Part shown: piece after piece, positions 18,503 to 28,220 of the stretch | How positions within the stretch are numbered: the first letter of the stretch is position 1 | Layout of the letters: every line of letters begins with the position of its first letter | Assembly: GCA_905478195.1 (NCBI GenBank) | Contig: CAJQHM010000001.1 | Span: 126 to 64,125 of the forward strand | Source: an uncultured Pseudomonadales bacterium | GTDB lineage: Bacteria; Pseudomonadota; Gammaproteobacteria; Pseudomonadales; Pseudohongiellaceae | Reading direction: 5' to 3' | Length of the DNA: 64,000 nt | Translations under genes and position numbers: made by a program | The notes under the pieces: model-generated | What the model was told of the DNA's origin: nothing | The model's input: the letters and a program-made list of their open reading frames with translations, nothing else | Database searches by the model: none

Positions 18503-19648
18503 ATGGAAAAAGCCCCGATCAACTGGATGAATATGCTGCTATTCAGCCTAACGCCGGCATTCGCCATAGTCCTGGTCCCCCTATACGGTTATTTTTATGG
18601 CTACGACCTTTATGAATGGGCCGTTTTCCTACTTCTCATGGGCTTTTGCGGCATATCCATTACCGCCGGCTATCACCGCCTCTGGTCCCACAAAGCCTAT
18701 AAGGCACATCCAATTGTTCGCTCAATCTTCGCATTGGGAGGCGCCTGCGCACTTCAAAACGATATTTTAACCTGGGCATCGGCACATAGACGCCACCATC
18801 AATACGTTGATAACAATGAACGGGACCCGTACTCCGCAAGTCGAGGGTTTTGGTTTTCTCATATAGGCTGGATTCTGCGAAATTATGAGAGCGGTCAAGA
18901 TGATTTTTCTAACGCCAAGGACCTCATGAATGACCCAATCGTCATGTGGCAGAGAAAGCACTATCTAAGCTTACTTCTGATTATGAATATTGGCCTGCCC
19001 GCATTCCTTGGGTATATCCACGGAGATATTCTCGCTGGAATCTTACTGGGTGGATTACTGCGCCTAGTTTTAAGCCAGCATGTTACCTACCTTATAAACT
19101 CCATAGCACACATGTGGGGGCGACAGCCGTATAGCGAGAATAGCTCTGCGAGAGACAATACCCTGTTAGCCTTCTTTACCTATGGTGAGGGCTATCATAA
19201 TTATCACCACACATTTCAATGGGACTACAGAAATGGTATTCGGTGGTGGCAGTTCGATCCAACGAAATGGATCATAAGCCTGCTTGCACTGATTGGTCTG
19301 ACCCACGATCTAAAGCGCTGCAATACAGCACAGATCGAGAAGGCTCGCCTGGAACTCCAATACCGTAAAGCGACGGAGAAATGCGAACGCTTCGACATTT
19401 CTGAAACCTGGAGACTTCGCCTGGAGTCAGAATACGAACAGTTTCTGCATACCCTGCAACTGTGGACCGAACACAGACAAGCCTGGTACGAAACTAGAGG
19501 CAAGCAGCTACAGGAAAGCCTTCATTCATTAGATCAACTCCAGCTCAAGCATGGCTACCGTGAGATGCAATTTCGACTAAAGACTCAGAAACGGCGCTGG
19601 CAGCATCTATTACGCAGCCTCGCAGAGCCCAATCCGCAGCTTACATAA
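18503..19648 (+). CDS. membrane acyl-CoA/acyl-lipid delta-9 fatty acid desaturase
   Basis: Three His boxes, HRLWSH, HRRHH and HNYHH, in a 4-TM topology. There is a C-terminal coiled extension. Confidence 0.85.
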   Translation: MEKAPINWMNMLLFSLTPAFAIVLVPLYGYFYGYDLYEWAVFLLLMGFCGISITAGYHRLWSHKAYKAHPIVRSIFALGGACALQNDILTWASAHRRHHQYVDNNERDPYSASRGFWFSHIGWILRNYESGQDDFSNAKDLMNDPIVMWQRKHYLSLLLIMNIGLPAFLGYIHGDILAGILLGGLLRLVLSQHVTYLINSIAHMWGRQPYSENSSARDNTLLAFFTYGEGYHNYHHTFQWDYRNGIRWWQFDPTKWIISLLALIGLTHDLKRCNTAQIEKARLELQYRKATEKCERFDISETWRLRLESEYEQFLHTLQLWTEHRQAWYETRGKQLQESLHSLDQLQLKHGYREMQFRLKTQKRRWQHLLRSLAEPNPQLT

Positions 19649-19848
19649 TTATTACTGCTGACCGTGTAAACGGAAGTATCCGTAGCGCGTTCTACTCTAC
19701 AGAGTTAAGCCACTCAGCTTGCAATTAAGGACGAGGCCCATAATCCAACTCTCATGCGCCTATCGTAATTATAGAGATTCTGGCAGAATTGACCTAAAGC
19801 GGTGTTCAAGTTTGAGAATGGCAACTAACTCACAAGATAGGGAACAAC

Positions 19849-20358
19849 ATGAAATTTAAGCAAAAATCACAGATATTAGCTTTTCTAGCACTTAGCGCAG
19901 CGAGCATGCTCGCCTCGGCTGTAGAAGAAGGTGATACCGCACCAATTTTCGACCTACCTTCGATTTACAGCGATCAGCCCGCAATTAGCACAGCCAGCCT
20001 AGAGGGAAAGACTGTTTATGTCGACTTCTGGGCCTCCTGGTGTGCTCCCTGCCTCACCTCGCTGCCTCTGTATAACGACATGTATCACAAGTACAAGGAT
20101 CAGGGCCTTGAAATAGTCGCCATCAATGTAGACAACCCAATCGAAGATGGCTTGGACTTCCTGGAAGATACGCCGCTAGACTTCTTGATTCCAGCAGATC
20201 CAGATGGTGATGCGGCCGAGTTGTTTGAGGTGATAGGCATGCCGACTTCCTACCTTATTCAACCCGATGGCACAGTGACCTTGGTCCATATGGGCTTTCG
20301 ATCTGGCGATATCGACATGATAGAGGAAGCAATTAAGGCCTCGCTGGCTGGCAACTAG
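19849..20358 (+). CDS. periplasmic TlpA/ResA-like thiol:disulfide oxidoreductase
   Basis: Signal peptide ..SMLASA|VEE and the thioredoxin active site FWASWCAPC. Confidence 0.8.
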   Translation: MKFKQKSQILAFLALSAASMLASAVEEGDTAPIFDLPSIYSDQPAISTASLEGKTVYVDFWASWCAPCLTSLPLYNDMYHKYKDQGLEIVAINVDNPIEDGLDFLEDTPLDFLIPADPDGDAAELFEVIGMPTSYLIQPDGTVTLVHMGFRSGDIDMIEEAIKASLAGN

Positions 20359-20391
20359 TCAGCTGAGGCCGCAGAGCGGGAGGTAGTTTTC

Positions 20392-20610
20392 ATCAAACAA
20401 CTGCGTACGGCCTTACTGCTGCTATCTTGCAGCATTATTCCTATCTCCTGCGCTGACGTGCGAGCATGGGAGCGCGGCTATCTCGCCAGGGACGAAATGA
20501 CTTGGGATCCAGACCCTCTGGAGAGCGCCCTAAATGACCATATCTTCTTCAGTAAAGAAGCCTCCTCTGGCGGCAACAGCGCAGCTGGTGGCGGCTGCGG
20601 TTGCAACTAG
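20392..20610 (+). CDS. DUF4266-type small lipoprotein (not in the ORF track; non-canonical start)
   Basis: Own translation: IKQLRTALLLLSCSIIPISCADVRAWERGYLARDEMTWDPDPLESALNDHIFFSKEASSGGNSAAGGGCGCN-stop. The WERG.LA...M..DPDPLE and C-terminal GGGCGCN signatures are as I recall for DUF4266. GGGAGG (20378-20383) lies 8 nt before ATC 20392. There is no ATG/GTG/TTG upstream of the lipobox; CTG 20401 is an alternative start. Confidence 0.6.
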   Translation: MKQLRTALLLLSCSIIPISCADVRAWERGYLARDEMTWDPDPLESALNDHIFFSKEASSGGNSAAGGGCGCN

Positions 20611-21782
20611 CCGCTCACGCAACCTTGAAGAATAGCGACTCTGCTAATATCATCGCCCTGTCTAGCACTGCTCTGGCACTGCCGGGCATAGCTCTGGCAG
20701 ATGCGCCTCCTACACAAAGCACAGCCTCTTATAAGTTATCCAACTATCAGGAAGACGATCTCTCACGCTCCGAGGTACCCTCTGGGGAATTGAATCGCTA
20801 CGACATTGACGTACACCAGTTTCAGCTGGTCGCGCCTATGGGGCGCAATATGTCTGTGCACGTTGATGCCAATTATGAATCATTGAGCGGTGCATCGCCC
20901 TGGTTTACTAGTGTAGGCCTTGATGGAAAGCCCGTGGTGAATCTAAGCGGTGCTAGCGGCATCAGCGACAGCCGCTCGGAGCTCAGCGTGGGAACTCGTT
21001 ACTATCTGGACAATGGCAGCTTCGCAGGCAACATCGGTTATTCCGAAGAAAACGACTACCGAGCCGTCTATTTCGGCCTCAACGGCGAGAGACACTATAA
21101 CGACGACCTAACTACACTCGCCGGGGGCTTCAGTTACTCATCAGACGACATCTTTCCCACAGATGCCGCACTCTTCAATCGAGTCCGTGATGAAGACAAA
21201 CGCAGCAGTTCTGTTTTTGTGTCTCTCACGCAAATCATTAACCAGGTATCCAGCTTTCAAACCGCCCTCAGCTTTACCGAACAATCGGGATTTCTAAGCG
21301 ACCCGTATAAATTAAGAGACGTACGTCCCGAAGACAAAACACAAATAGCCTGGAGCAATTCCTATAGAAGGTTTTTTGTAGCGGCGAATGCTGCACTGCA
21401 CGTTAACTACCGTTTCTACCATGATGATTTTGGCATTAAGTCTCACACCAGCGACGTTTCCTGGCACCAAAATCTAGGACGTCAGTTTCAAATTGTTCCC
21501 CAGTTGCGTTACTACAGCCAATCTGCCGCAGACTTCTTCACCAATGTCGACGATTTCCTGAATCCTCTAAGCGAATATCAGTCTAGCGATTACCGACTCT
21601 CAGCGTTCGGGGCTATTAGTGGTGGCTTTAGCCTTATTGCCGACATGGGCTCTTGGAAGGCAACACTCACAGCGGAACGCTATTTAGCTAACGATAAGTA
21701 TTCCGCCTATGATATTTCACAGCCAAGTACCGCCCTTGTTAAATATAATCGACTCTCTCTTGGCGTTGATTTTAGTTTCTAG
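20601..21782 (+). CDS. DUF3570-like secreted protein, probably an outer-membrane beta-barrel
   Basis: 393-aa ORF. The likely true start is TTG 20625, giving MKNSDSANIIALSSTALALPGIALA|DA as signal peptide. It has alternating beta-strand-like sequence ending in the aromatic ..LSLGVDFSF, and contains LSGAS twice. Confidence 0.55.
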   Translation: MQLAAHATLKNSDSANIIALSSTALALPGIALADAPPTQSTASYKLSNYQEDDLSRSEVPSGELNRYDIDVHQFQLVAPMGRNMSVHVDANYESLSGASPWFTSVGLDGKPVVNLSGASGISDSRSELSVGTRYYLDNGSFAGNIGYSEENDYRAVYFGLNGERHYNDDLTTLAGGFSYSSDDIFPTDAALFNRVRDEDKRSSSVFVSLTQIINQVSSFQTALSFTEQSGFLSDPYKLRDVRPEDKTQIAWSNSYRRFFVAANAALHVNYRFYHDDFGIKSHTSDVSWHQNLGRQFQIVPQLRYYSQSAADFFTNVDDFLNPLSEYQSSDYRLSAFGAISGGFSLIADMGSWKATLTAERYLANDKYSAYDISQPSTALVKYNRLSLGVDFSF

Positions 21783-21845
21783 GCACTGCGCCGCCTTTAC
21801 GCAGCCGCTCCCCTCTAACAAACTAATTCGCTTCACTATTCGGCC

Positions 21846-22757
21846 ATGCACCTTTCTTTAAAAAGTTCCTCGTTCAAGGCTATGGGAAGTTTCTGTGAGA
21901 TCCAAATCTTTGCAGAATCGCGCATCGACGCGAAGAAAATATTGAGCCGATTGACTGAGGAAGTTGCTCGTCTGGAAAAGAAATATTCTCGCTTCAGAAA
22001 CGATAGTTTTCTAACTGAGATAAATCGATCAGCAGGTCGAAAACACGGTATTGAGATAGATAGTGAAACACAATCGCTGCTCGATCATGCAAAGAATTGC
22101 TATGAGACAAGCGACGGCCTATTCGATGTTACCGCAGCCACTCTAAGCCAAATCTGGGATTTTAAGAATGCACAGATACCGACCCAAGCGCAGATAGATG
22201 CCGCTCAAACAACGCTCGGCTTTCACAAGATCTCCTGGTCGGATTCACGCCTGCGCCTACCCCCAAACATGCAGATAGATTTTGGTGGAATCGTAAAAGA
22301 ATATGCGGCGGATTCAGTTGCCCGGTTGGCTCGCAATCTAGGTGTGAATAATGGCCTGGTGAACCTCGGTGGCGATTTCAGTGTTATCGGAGCGCAGCCG
22401 GACAACAGACCATGGAGTACAGGCATCATCGCCCCCGACCGCGAACGCGACATCATGGCCAAAATAGATCTCTTGCAGGGAGGGCTCGCGAGCAGCGGCG
22501 ACTACGAGCGCTTCTTCATGCATAAAGGCAAACGCTACAGCCATATAATGAACCCCTTTACAGGCTGGCCCTGCGCAGGACTAAGAGCCGTAAGTGTTGC
22601 TGCAAACTTGTGCACGGTTGCAGGTTCGGTTGCGACCATCGCCATGCTCAAAGATGAGATCGTCGCGAAACAATGGTTGTTGGATTCCGGGCTGCCTCAT
22701 GTCTATATGGACAGCAGACAAACTGTTGGCGGGACGGGAATAAATGCAAATAGCTAG
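21846..22757 (+). CDS. apbE: FAD:protein FMN transferase (ApbE family)
   Basis: FKAMGSFCEIQIF first strand, FDVTAATL, DFGGIVKEYAAD, GLASSGDYERFF and YSHIMNPFTGWP. No signal peptide is visible: a TAA lies 10 codons upstream in frame. Confidence 0.85.
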   Translation: MHLSLKSSSFKAMGSFCEIQIFAESRIDAKKILSRLTEEVARLEKKYSRFRNDSFLTEINRSAGRKHGIEIDSETQSLLDHAKNCYETSDGLFDVTAATLSQIWDFKNAQIPTQAQIDAAQTTLGFHKISWSDSRLRLPPNMQIDFGGIVKEYAADSVARLARNLGVNNGLVNLGGDFSVIGAQPDNRPWSTGIIAPDRERDIMAKIDLLQGGLASSGDYERFFMHKGKRYSHIMNPFTGWPCAGLRAVSVAANLCTVAGSVATIAMLKDEIVAKQWLLDSGLPHVYMDSRQTVGGTGINANS

Positions 22758-23743
22758 ATAAGGCGTAAGGCTGGCTCATCTAGCAGAGAGAACTGCTCTC
22801 TCAGCTCGAGTATGTGCTCCGCCCAATAGCGCTCGGTATTGAACCAGGGAAAGCTCATCGGAAAAGCTGGATCTTCCCAGCGGCGCGCAAGCCAGGCGCT
22901 ATAGTGCATCAGACGCAAGGTGCGCAAAGACTCTATCAGCTCAAGCTCCGACGCCCTGAAATCATAGAACTCGTTATAACCTTCCACCAGCTCCAGCAAC
23001 TGCGCCTGTCGCTGATTACGATCACCTGACAACATCATCCAGAGATCCTGAATGCCTGGACCCATTACCGTGTCGTCAAAATCTACAAAATTTGGCGTCT
23101 CGTCTTTCCACAACACGTTTCCGGGGTGACAGTCCCCGTGTATGCGTAATTTGCGCAACTCACCATGAGCCGAAAACCGTTGCTGAATTTTATCGATCAA
23201 ATCTTGAGATAGAGATTCATAGGCGGGCCGCAAGTCTTTAGGTAAGAAATTATTTTCCAGCAAGAACTGTCTGCTGTGCACTGCCAAACGCTCCACCGTA
23301 AGCTCAACTCGATGCTCGAAATCACGCAGTGCCCCAACGGCATGTATGCGACCAACAAAACGCCCCATCACTAGCAGGTTGTCCAAATTGTCTAACTCGG
23401 GAGGGCGTCCTAGGAACTGTTCGAAAACTGAAAACTGGAAATTTTTGTAGCCTAGAAGCGTGCCCGCGCTGCCGAACGCTATGGGTGGTACCACGGGAAT
23501 TTCCAGCTCGACTAGCTCAAGCGTATAGCTATGCTCTTCGAGTATCTGCGCAGTTGTCCAACGCCCTGGCCTGTAAAATTTTACGATTATTGAGGGCTTG
23601 CCGATTAAGCCTACCTGATAGACCCGGTTCTCATAACTATTGAGGGGAAATATACGCGCGTCGGTCTCAAAGCCAAGGCTCTCAACAGCTTCCAATACAG
23701 CGACAGGAGATAAATCGGCATAGGGATGGCTAGAAGACTCCAT
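22754..23743 (-). CDS. srkA: stress response Ser/Thr kinase SrkA (YihE/RdoA family)
   Basis: 329 aa, aminoglycoside-phosphotransferase-like fold with NRVYQV, IHGDCHPGNVLW and FVDFDD. Confidence 0.85.
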   Translation of the reverse strand: MESSSHPYADLSPVAVLEAVESLGFETDARIFPLNSYENRVYQVGLIGKPSIIVKFYRPGRWTTAQILEEHSYTLELVELEIPVVPPIAFGSAGTLLGYKNFQFSVFEQFLGRPPELDNLDNLLVMGRFVGRIHAVGALRDFEHRVELTVERLAVHSRQFLLENNFLPKDLRPAYESLSQDLIDKIQQRFSAHGELRKLRIHGDCHPGNVLWKDETPNFVDFDDTVMGPGIQDLWMMLSGDRNQRQAQLLELVEGYNEFYDFRASELELIESLRTLRLMHYSAWLARRWEDPAFPMSFPWFNTERYWAEHILELREQFSLLDEPALRLI

Positions 23744-23808
23744 CTATTGGGATACCACTAGGGGGTGTTTCAGACGAGCCGCACAGCTCAGGTGTAGGCC
23801 AGTTAACA

Positions 23809-24144
23809 TCAAGAATCTTTTCGGTCGGCCTTAGCACCCACAATCGAAACTGGAAAAGGAGAGACATTATCACCGCTGGAAATCTTGCTAACGCCGGTCT
23901 TCTCGACTTCATCGATTCGAATTATTGCCTGAATGGGAATAAAGCTTCTCTTAACGCCAGCAAATTCTGATTTAAGCTTCTCTTCTGAAGGATCTACCAC
24001 CAATTGTGATCTTTCATCGAACACATAATCCTCAATCTCGATGAAGCCATACAGGTCGCTCTGATAAACCTGTTTTACAAAAACTTCATACACCTTGCCC
24101 TTGTTGAGGAAGGTTATTTTGTAGATTTCTGAAGAATTTCCCAT
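23809..24144 (-). CDS. DUF1820 family protein
   Basis: 111 aa from MGNSSEIYKITFLNKGKVYEVFVKQVYQSDLYGFIEIEDYVF... Assigned from remembered family signature only. Confidence 0.55.
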   Translation of the reverse strand: MGNSSEIYKITFLNKGKVYEVFVKQVYQSDLYGFIEIEDYVFDERSQLVVDPSEEKLKSEFAGVKRSFIPIQAIIRIDEVEKTGVSKISSGDNVSPFPVSIVGAKADRKDS

Positions 24145-24361
24145 TGATATCAATCTCTTATCCTAAAACTACATAGTATTCGATGGGCTGCACCACTGTC
24201 TGTTCAGTGTTTGCTTTGCAGCGGGTATGAACGCGTAGAGCTAATATCAGGCTGCAACCGTGAATTTCAAGTCATTATGCGTCAAATCGTGGTTAAGTAC
24301 TGCTGATTTTTGCTGTTATAATTCGCCCCCTTTTGAAAATAGCCTTCTAAACGGAATTACT

Positions 24362-25735
24362 GTGAAATTTGAACAGAACAGCATCGAGCCGGAAACAGCA
24401 AAAAGCTCTCCAAGCCAGACCAAGAAAGTCTTTATCAAGACCCATGGCTGCCAGATGAACGAGTACGATTCCGATCGCATGCTCGACCTACTCAAAGAAT
24501 CACAGCATGCAGAACTTGTCGATGATCCCGCGGATGCTGACCTGTTGCTGCTCAATACCTGCTCTATTCGCGAGAAGGCACAGGAGAAAGTGTTTCACCA
24601 ATTGGGCCGCTGGCGCAGCCTGAAGGAAGCCAAGCCCGGCATGAAGATCGCCGTCGGTGGCTGCGTGGCAAGTCAGGAAGGCGCAGCTATTGGCAAACGA
24701 GCACCTTATGTCGACGTGGTCTTCGGTCCCCAAACCCTGCACAAGCTGCCTGAAATGCTCGATGCCAGCGGCAATGGCCAACCAGTAGTAGACATCAGCT
24801 TTCCTGAGATTGAAAAGTTCGACCACCTTCCACAACCTGACGCGAGCTCCTGCCAGGCATTCCTAACGATCATGGAAGGTTGTAGCAAGTACTGTAGCTT
24901 CTGTGTAGTGCCCTACACCAGAGGTGAAGAGGTTAGCCGACCATTAGATGATGTCTTAGCGGAAGCTGTACATCTCGCCGATCAGGGCGTACGCGAGATC
25001 AATCTCCTGGGACAGAATGTAAATGCCTATAGGGGCCTAAGCCACGAGGGCGAGATTGTCGACCTGGCCACGCTTATTCAGTATATCTCTAGTATCGAAG
25101 GCATAGACCGCATTCGCTTCACCACGTCACATCCTATCGAGTTTTCGAGTTCTCTAATTAATGTCTACTCTCAGATTCCCGAGCTGGTCGATCATCTGCA
25201 TCTTCCCGTTCAGAGTGGTTCTGACAGAATTCTGGCGGCCATGAAACGCGGCCATACGGCACTGGAGTACAAATCCATAATTAGAAAGATTCGGGCTATC
25301 AGGCCAAACATCAGCCTCTCTTCCGATTTCATAGTGGGGTTTCCAGGGGAGTCAAACGCAGATTTCGAAGACACCATGAAGCTTATTATCGAAATAGGTT
25401 TTGATACCTCGTTCAGCTTCATCTATAGCGCCAGACCCGGCACTCCGGCGGCCGATCTAGTCGACCTCGTCCCTGCTCAGGAGAAGAAACACCGACTAGC
25501 CACACTGCAATCTCAGATAGTCAGTCACGCCAATGCGATCAGTGCCGCCATGGTAGGGACAGATCAACGCATCCTGGTAACTGGCAAGTCTAAAAAACAT
25601 GCCGGAGACCTTCAGGGGCGTACCGAAAACAACAGAGTAGTAAATTTCAAGAGTGACGATCATTCACTGATCGGCAACTTCGTTAGCTGCCGGATATCTG
25701 ACGCACTACCAAACTCTCTACTCGGCAGCATTTAG
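24362..25735 (+). CDS. miaB: tRNA-2-methylthio-N6-dimethylallyladenosine synthase MiaB
   Basis: [17 protein letters not shown] (UPF0004 domain), radical-SAM cluster motif [16 protein letters not shown] and a C-terminal TRAM domain. GTG 24362 is preferred over the ATG 24260 ORF start because a TATAAT-like box (24317-24322) lies inside the longer ORF. Confidence 0.9.
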   Translation: MKFEQNSIEPETAKSSPSQTKKVFIKTHGCQMNEYDSDRMLDLLKESQHAELVDDPADADLLLLNTCSIREKAQEKVFHQLGRWRSLKEAKPGMKIAVGGCVASQEGAAIGKRAPYVDVVFGPQTLHKLPEMLDASGNGQPVVDISFPEIEKFDHLPQPDASSCQAFLTIMEGCSKYCSFCVVPYTRGEEVSRPLDDVLAEAVHLADQGVREINLLGQNVNAYRGLSHEGEIVDLATLIQYISSIEGIDRIRFTTSHPIEFSSSLINVYSQIPELVDHLHLPVQSGSDRILAAMKRGHTALEYKSIIRKIRAIRPNISLSSDFIVGFPGESNADFEDTMKLIIEIGFDTSFSFIYSARPGTPAADLVDLVPAQEKKHRLATLQSQIVSHANAISAAMVGTDQRILVTGKSKKHAGDLQGRTENNRVVNFKSDDHSLIGNFVSCRISDALPNSLLGSI

Positions 25736-25809
25736 CCGCTTGAGATAGAGCGAGTGCTTGCTATACTGAATACTCTCAACTTGCTACTTAGAGGTCTTTT
25801 TCCAACTGC

Positions 25810-26814
25810 ATGACAAATCACACCCTCAGTTTGACCCTGATTCCAGACAATGCGCAGCGACTCTCCAATCTTTGCGGGCGCCTGAATGAACACATACACC
25901 AAATAGAAAGCTTCCTTACGCTCAATATTCAACAGCGCGGCAATGTATTCCAGCTATCGGGAAGCGAGTCGGCGATTGCCGATGGAGGCCATATTCTTGA
26001 GTCTCTTTACCAGGATACTGCCCATGGCAATTTGTTGAACCCGAGCATGGTTCATCTAGCGCTGCAGGAAACCATGCCCTCAGAAGCCGACGGCAACGAT
26101 GGCGAAGTAGAGCAACTTTTTATAAAGACTCCGAAATCCTCGGTTAAGCCTAGGGGCAAACACCAAAGTGAATATGTGCGCAGCATTCACCAGCATGATA
26201 TCAATTTTGGCATAGGGCCTGCCGGCACCGGCAAGACTTACCTCGCCGTCGCCTGTGCGGTCGAAGCACTTCTCAAAGAGGAAGTTAACCGAGTATTACT
26301 GGTCAGGCCGGCCGTGGAAGCGGGTGAAAAGCTTGGCTTTCTCCCCGGCGATCTGGCGCAGAAAATCGACCCCTATCTGCGCCCTCTATATGATGCACTC
26401 TATGAAATGCTCGGTTTCGAAAAGGTAGCCAGGCTCATAGAAAAGAACGTAATCGAAGTCGCTCCACTAGCCTATATGCGCGGACGAACCCTAAACAACT
26501 CCTTTATCATTTTGGATGAGAGCCAGAACACTACGAGCTCACAAATGAAGATGTTCCTTACACGTATCGGCTTTGGCTCTACCGCGGTGATAACCGGCGA
26601 TGTTACTCAGATAGATTTACCAAAGGGAACCCGTTCCGGTTTAATCCATGTGAGTAAGGTGTTAGCTGGAATCAATGGAATAGGATTTACTTACTTCGAA
26701 GCAAAAGACGTAGTGCGTCATCGCCTCGTGCAGAAAATCGTCGAGGCCTACGACGAGTTCGATCGCAGCTCTGTTTCCACGCTTAACAGCAAGGATTCCG
26801 CACAAGATCAATGA
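25810..26814 (+). CDS. ybeZ: PhoH-like ATPase YbeZ
   Basis: Walker A GPAGTGKTYLA and Walker B FIILDESQN. It overlaps ybeY by ATGA. Confidence 0.9.
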   Translation: MTNHTLSLTLIPDNAQRLSNLCGRLNEHIHQIESFLTLNIQQRGNVFQLSGSESAIADGGHILESLYQDTAHGNLLNPSMVHLALQETMPSEADGNDGEVEQLFIKTPKSSVKPRGKHQSEYVRSIHQHDINFGIGPAGTGKTYLAVACAVEALLKEEVNRVLLVRPAVEAGEKLGFLPGDLAQKIDPYLRPLYDALYEMLGFEKVARLIEKNVIEVAPLAYMRGRTLNNSFIILDESQNTTSSQMKMFLTRIGFGSTAVITGDVTQIDLPKGTRSGLIHVSKVLAGINGIGFTYFEAKDVVRHRLVQKIVEAYDEFDRSSVSTLNSKDSAQDQ

Positions 26815-27284
26815 ACGTGACAGTTGATATCAGCAACGACTGCGGGCAGCACTGGGTACCAAGCCAGCAACAATGCGAGCAGTGGCTCAATTGCGGCCTC
26901 GAGGCTGCAGGCCATGGAGAACAATGCAGTATCAGCGTCAGCTTCATAGACTCTGCCGCCTCGCGGGCGCTCAATAATGATTACCGAGGCAATGACAAGC
27001 CAACCAACGTTCTGTCCTTCCCCGCCGACTTTCCTGTCCAGCTACGCGATCAAGTGGAGACTTTCCCATTGGGCGATATCGTTATATGCGCAGCCATTGT
27101 CGAGCTGGAAGCCAAGGCACAGAGCAAGGAACTCCTGGCGCACTGGATGCACCTGACCGTTCATGGCTTATTCCATCTATTGGGCTATCAGCACGACGAC
27201 GATACGAATGCGACTGAAATGGAAAAGCTAGAAATTAATACACTGGAAAGGCTTGGAATCTCCAACCCTTATTTGTTAGTGTGA
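26811..27284 (+). CDS. ybeY: rRNA maturation endoribonuclease YbeY
   Basis: 157 aa with zinc motif HGLFHLLGYQH. Confidence 0.92.
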   Translation: MNVTVDISNDCGQHWVPSQQQCEQWLNCGLEAAGHGEQCSISVSFIDSAASRALNNDYRGNDKPTNVLSFPADFPVQLRDQVETFPLGDIVICAAIVELEAKAQSKELLAHWMHLTVHGLFHLLGYQHDDDTNATEMEKLEINTLERLGISNPYLLV

Positions 27285-27362
27285 TCACCAAGAGACAGCA
27301 CAGGTTACTGGTTTCATTGGCAATCCTAAACCAGCCCAACTCAGAAAAAGAGAACGTAGAGA

Positions 27363-28220
27363 ATGCCTGACGACCAATCTAGTATCGATCCTCGGCCCAG
27401 GTCTTGGATCGATAAAATTGCGCAAGTCTTTTCAGACGAGCCCACCGACACAAAAAGCCTTCTCGAACTAATTCGAAATGCAGAGCAGGATCAAGTGCTC
27501 GATGCCGATGCGCTCAGCATCATCGAGGGCGCACTTCAGGTCTCCAGCATGCAGGTGCGCGATATCATGATCCCAAGATCACAGGTGGTCACGGTTCCTG
27601 CGGTTCTCGCTGCAAATGACATCATAGAACTCATCATCAAGGCCTCGCACTCCAGATTTCCGGTTATCGGGGACAATGTAGACAATGTCATAGGCATACT
27701 TCTGGCCAAGGACCTGTTGCCATTGGCACTCAATACCGCAGCCGACAAATTCAAGATTAAAGATGTAATCCGCCCGGCTACCTTCGTGCCTGAAAGTAAG
27801 CGCCTCAACGTCTTGCTTAAAGAGTTTCGCGAGACGCGCCAGCATATGGCAATTGTGATCGATGAATACGGAAGCGTCTGCGGTGCAGTCACGATCGAAG
27901 ACGTGCTAGAACAAATTGTCGGCGAGATAGAAGACGAATACGATGTAGACGACGACAGCTACATTAAGAAATTCGATGAGCAGAACCATATCGTCAAGGC
28001 TCTGACTCCAGTCGACGAATTCAATGAATACTTTTCTACAGACTTTAGTGATCAGGAATTCACCACGGTAGGAGGACTAATACTGCAGCAGTTCGGACAT
28101 ATTCCCGAGCGCGGCGAGACAATCAGAATAGGTCCATTTCTAGTCACAATCTTGAATGCCGATAGCCGCCAGATAAAGCTAATCAAGGTCACTTCGACCA
28201 CAACGTCAGACCTAGGATAA
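27363..28220 (+). CDS. corC: CorC/HlyC family magnesium/cobalt efflux-associated protein (CBS pair + CorC_HlyC)
   Basis: 285 aa with tandem CBS domains (VRDIMIPRSQV.., HMAIVIDEYG) and a C-terminal transporter-associated domain. It follows ybeY. Confidence 0.88.
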   Translation: MPDDQSSIDPRPRSWIDKIAQVFSDEPTDTKSLLELIRNAEQDQVLDADALSIIEGALQVSSMQVRDIMIPRSQVVTVPAVLAANDIIELIIKASHSRFPVIGDNVDNVIGILLAKDLLPLALNTAADKFKIKDVIRPATFVPESKRLNVLLKEFRETRQHMAIVIDEYGSVCGAVTIEDVLEQIVGEIEDEYDVDDDSYIKKFDEQNHIVKALTPVDEFNEYFSTDFSDQEFTTVGGLILQQFGHIPERGETIRIGPFLVTILNADSRQIKLIKVTSTTTSDLG

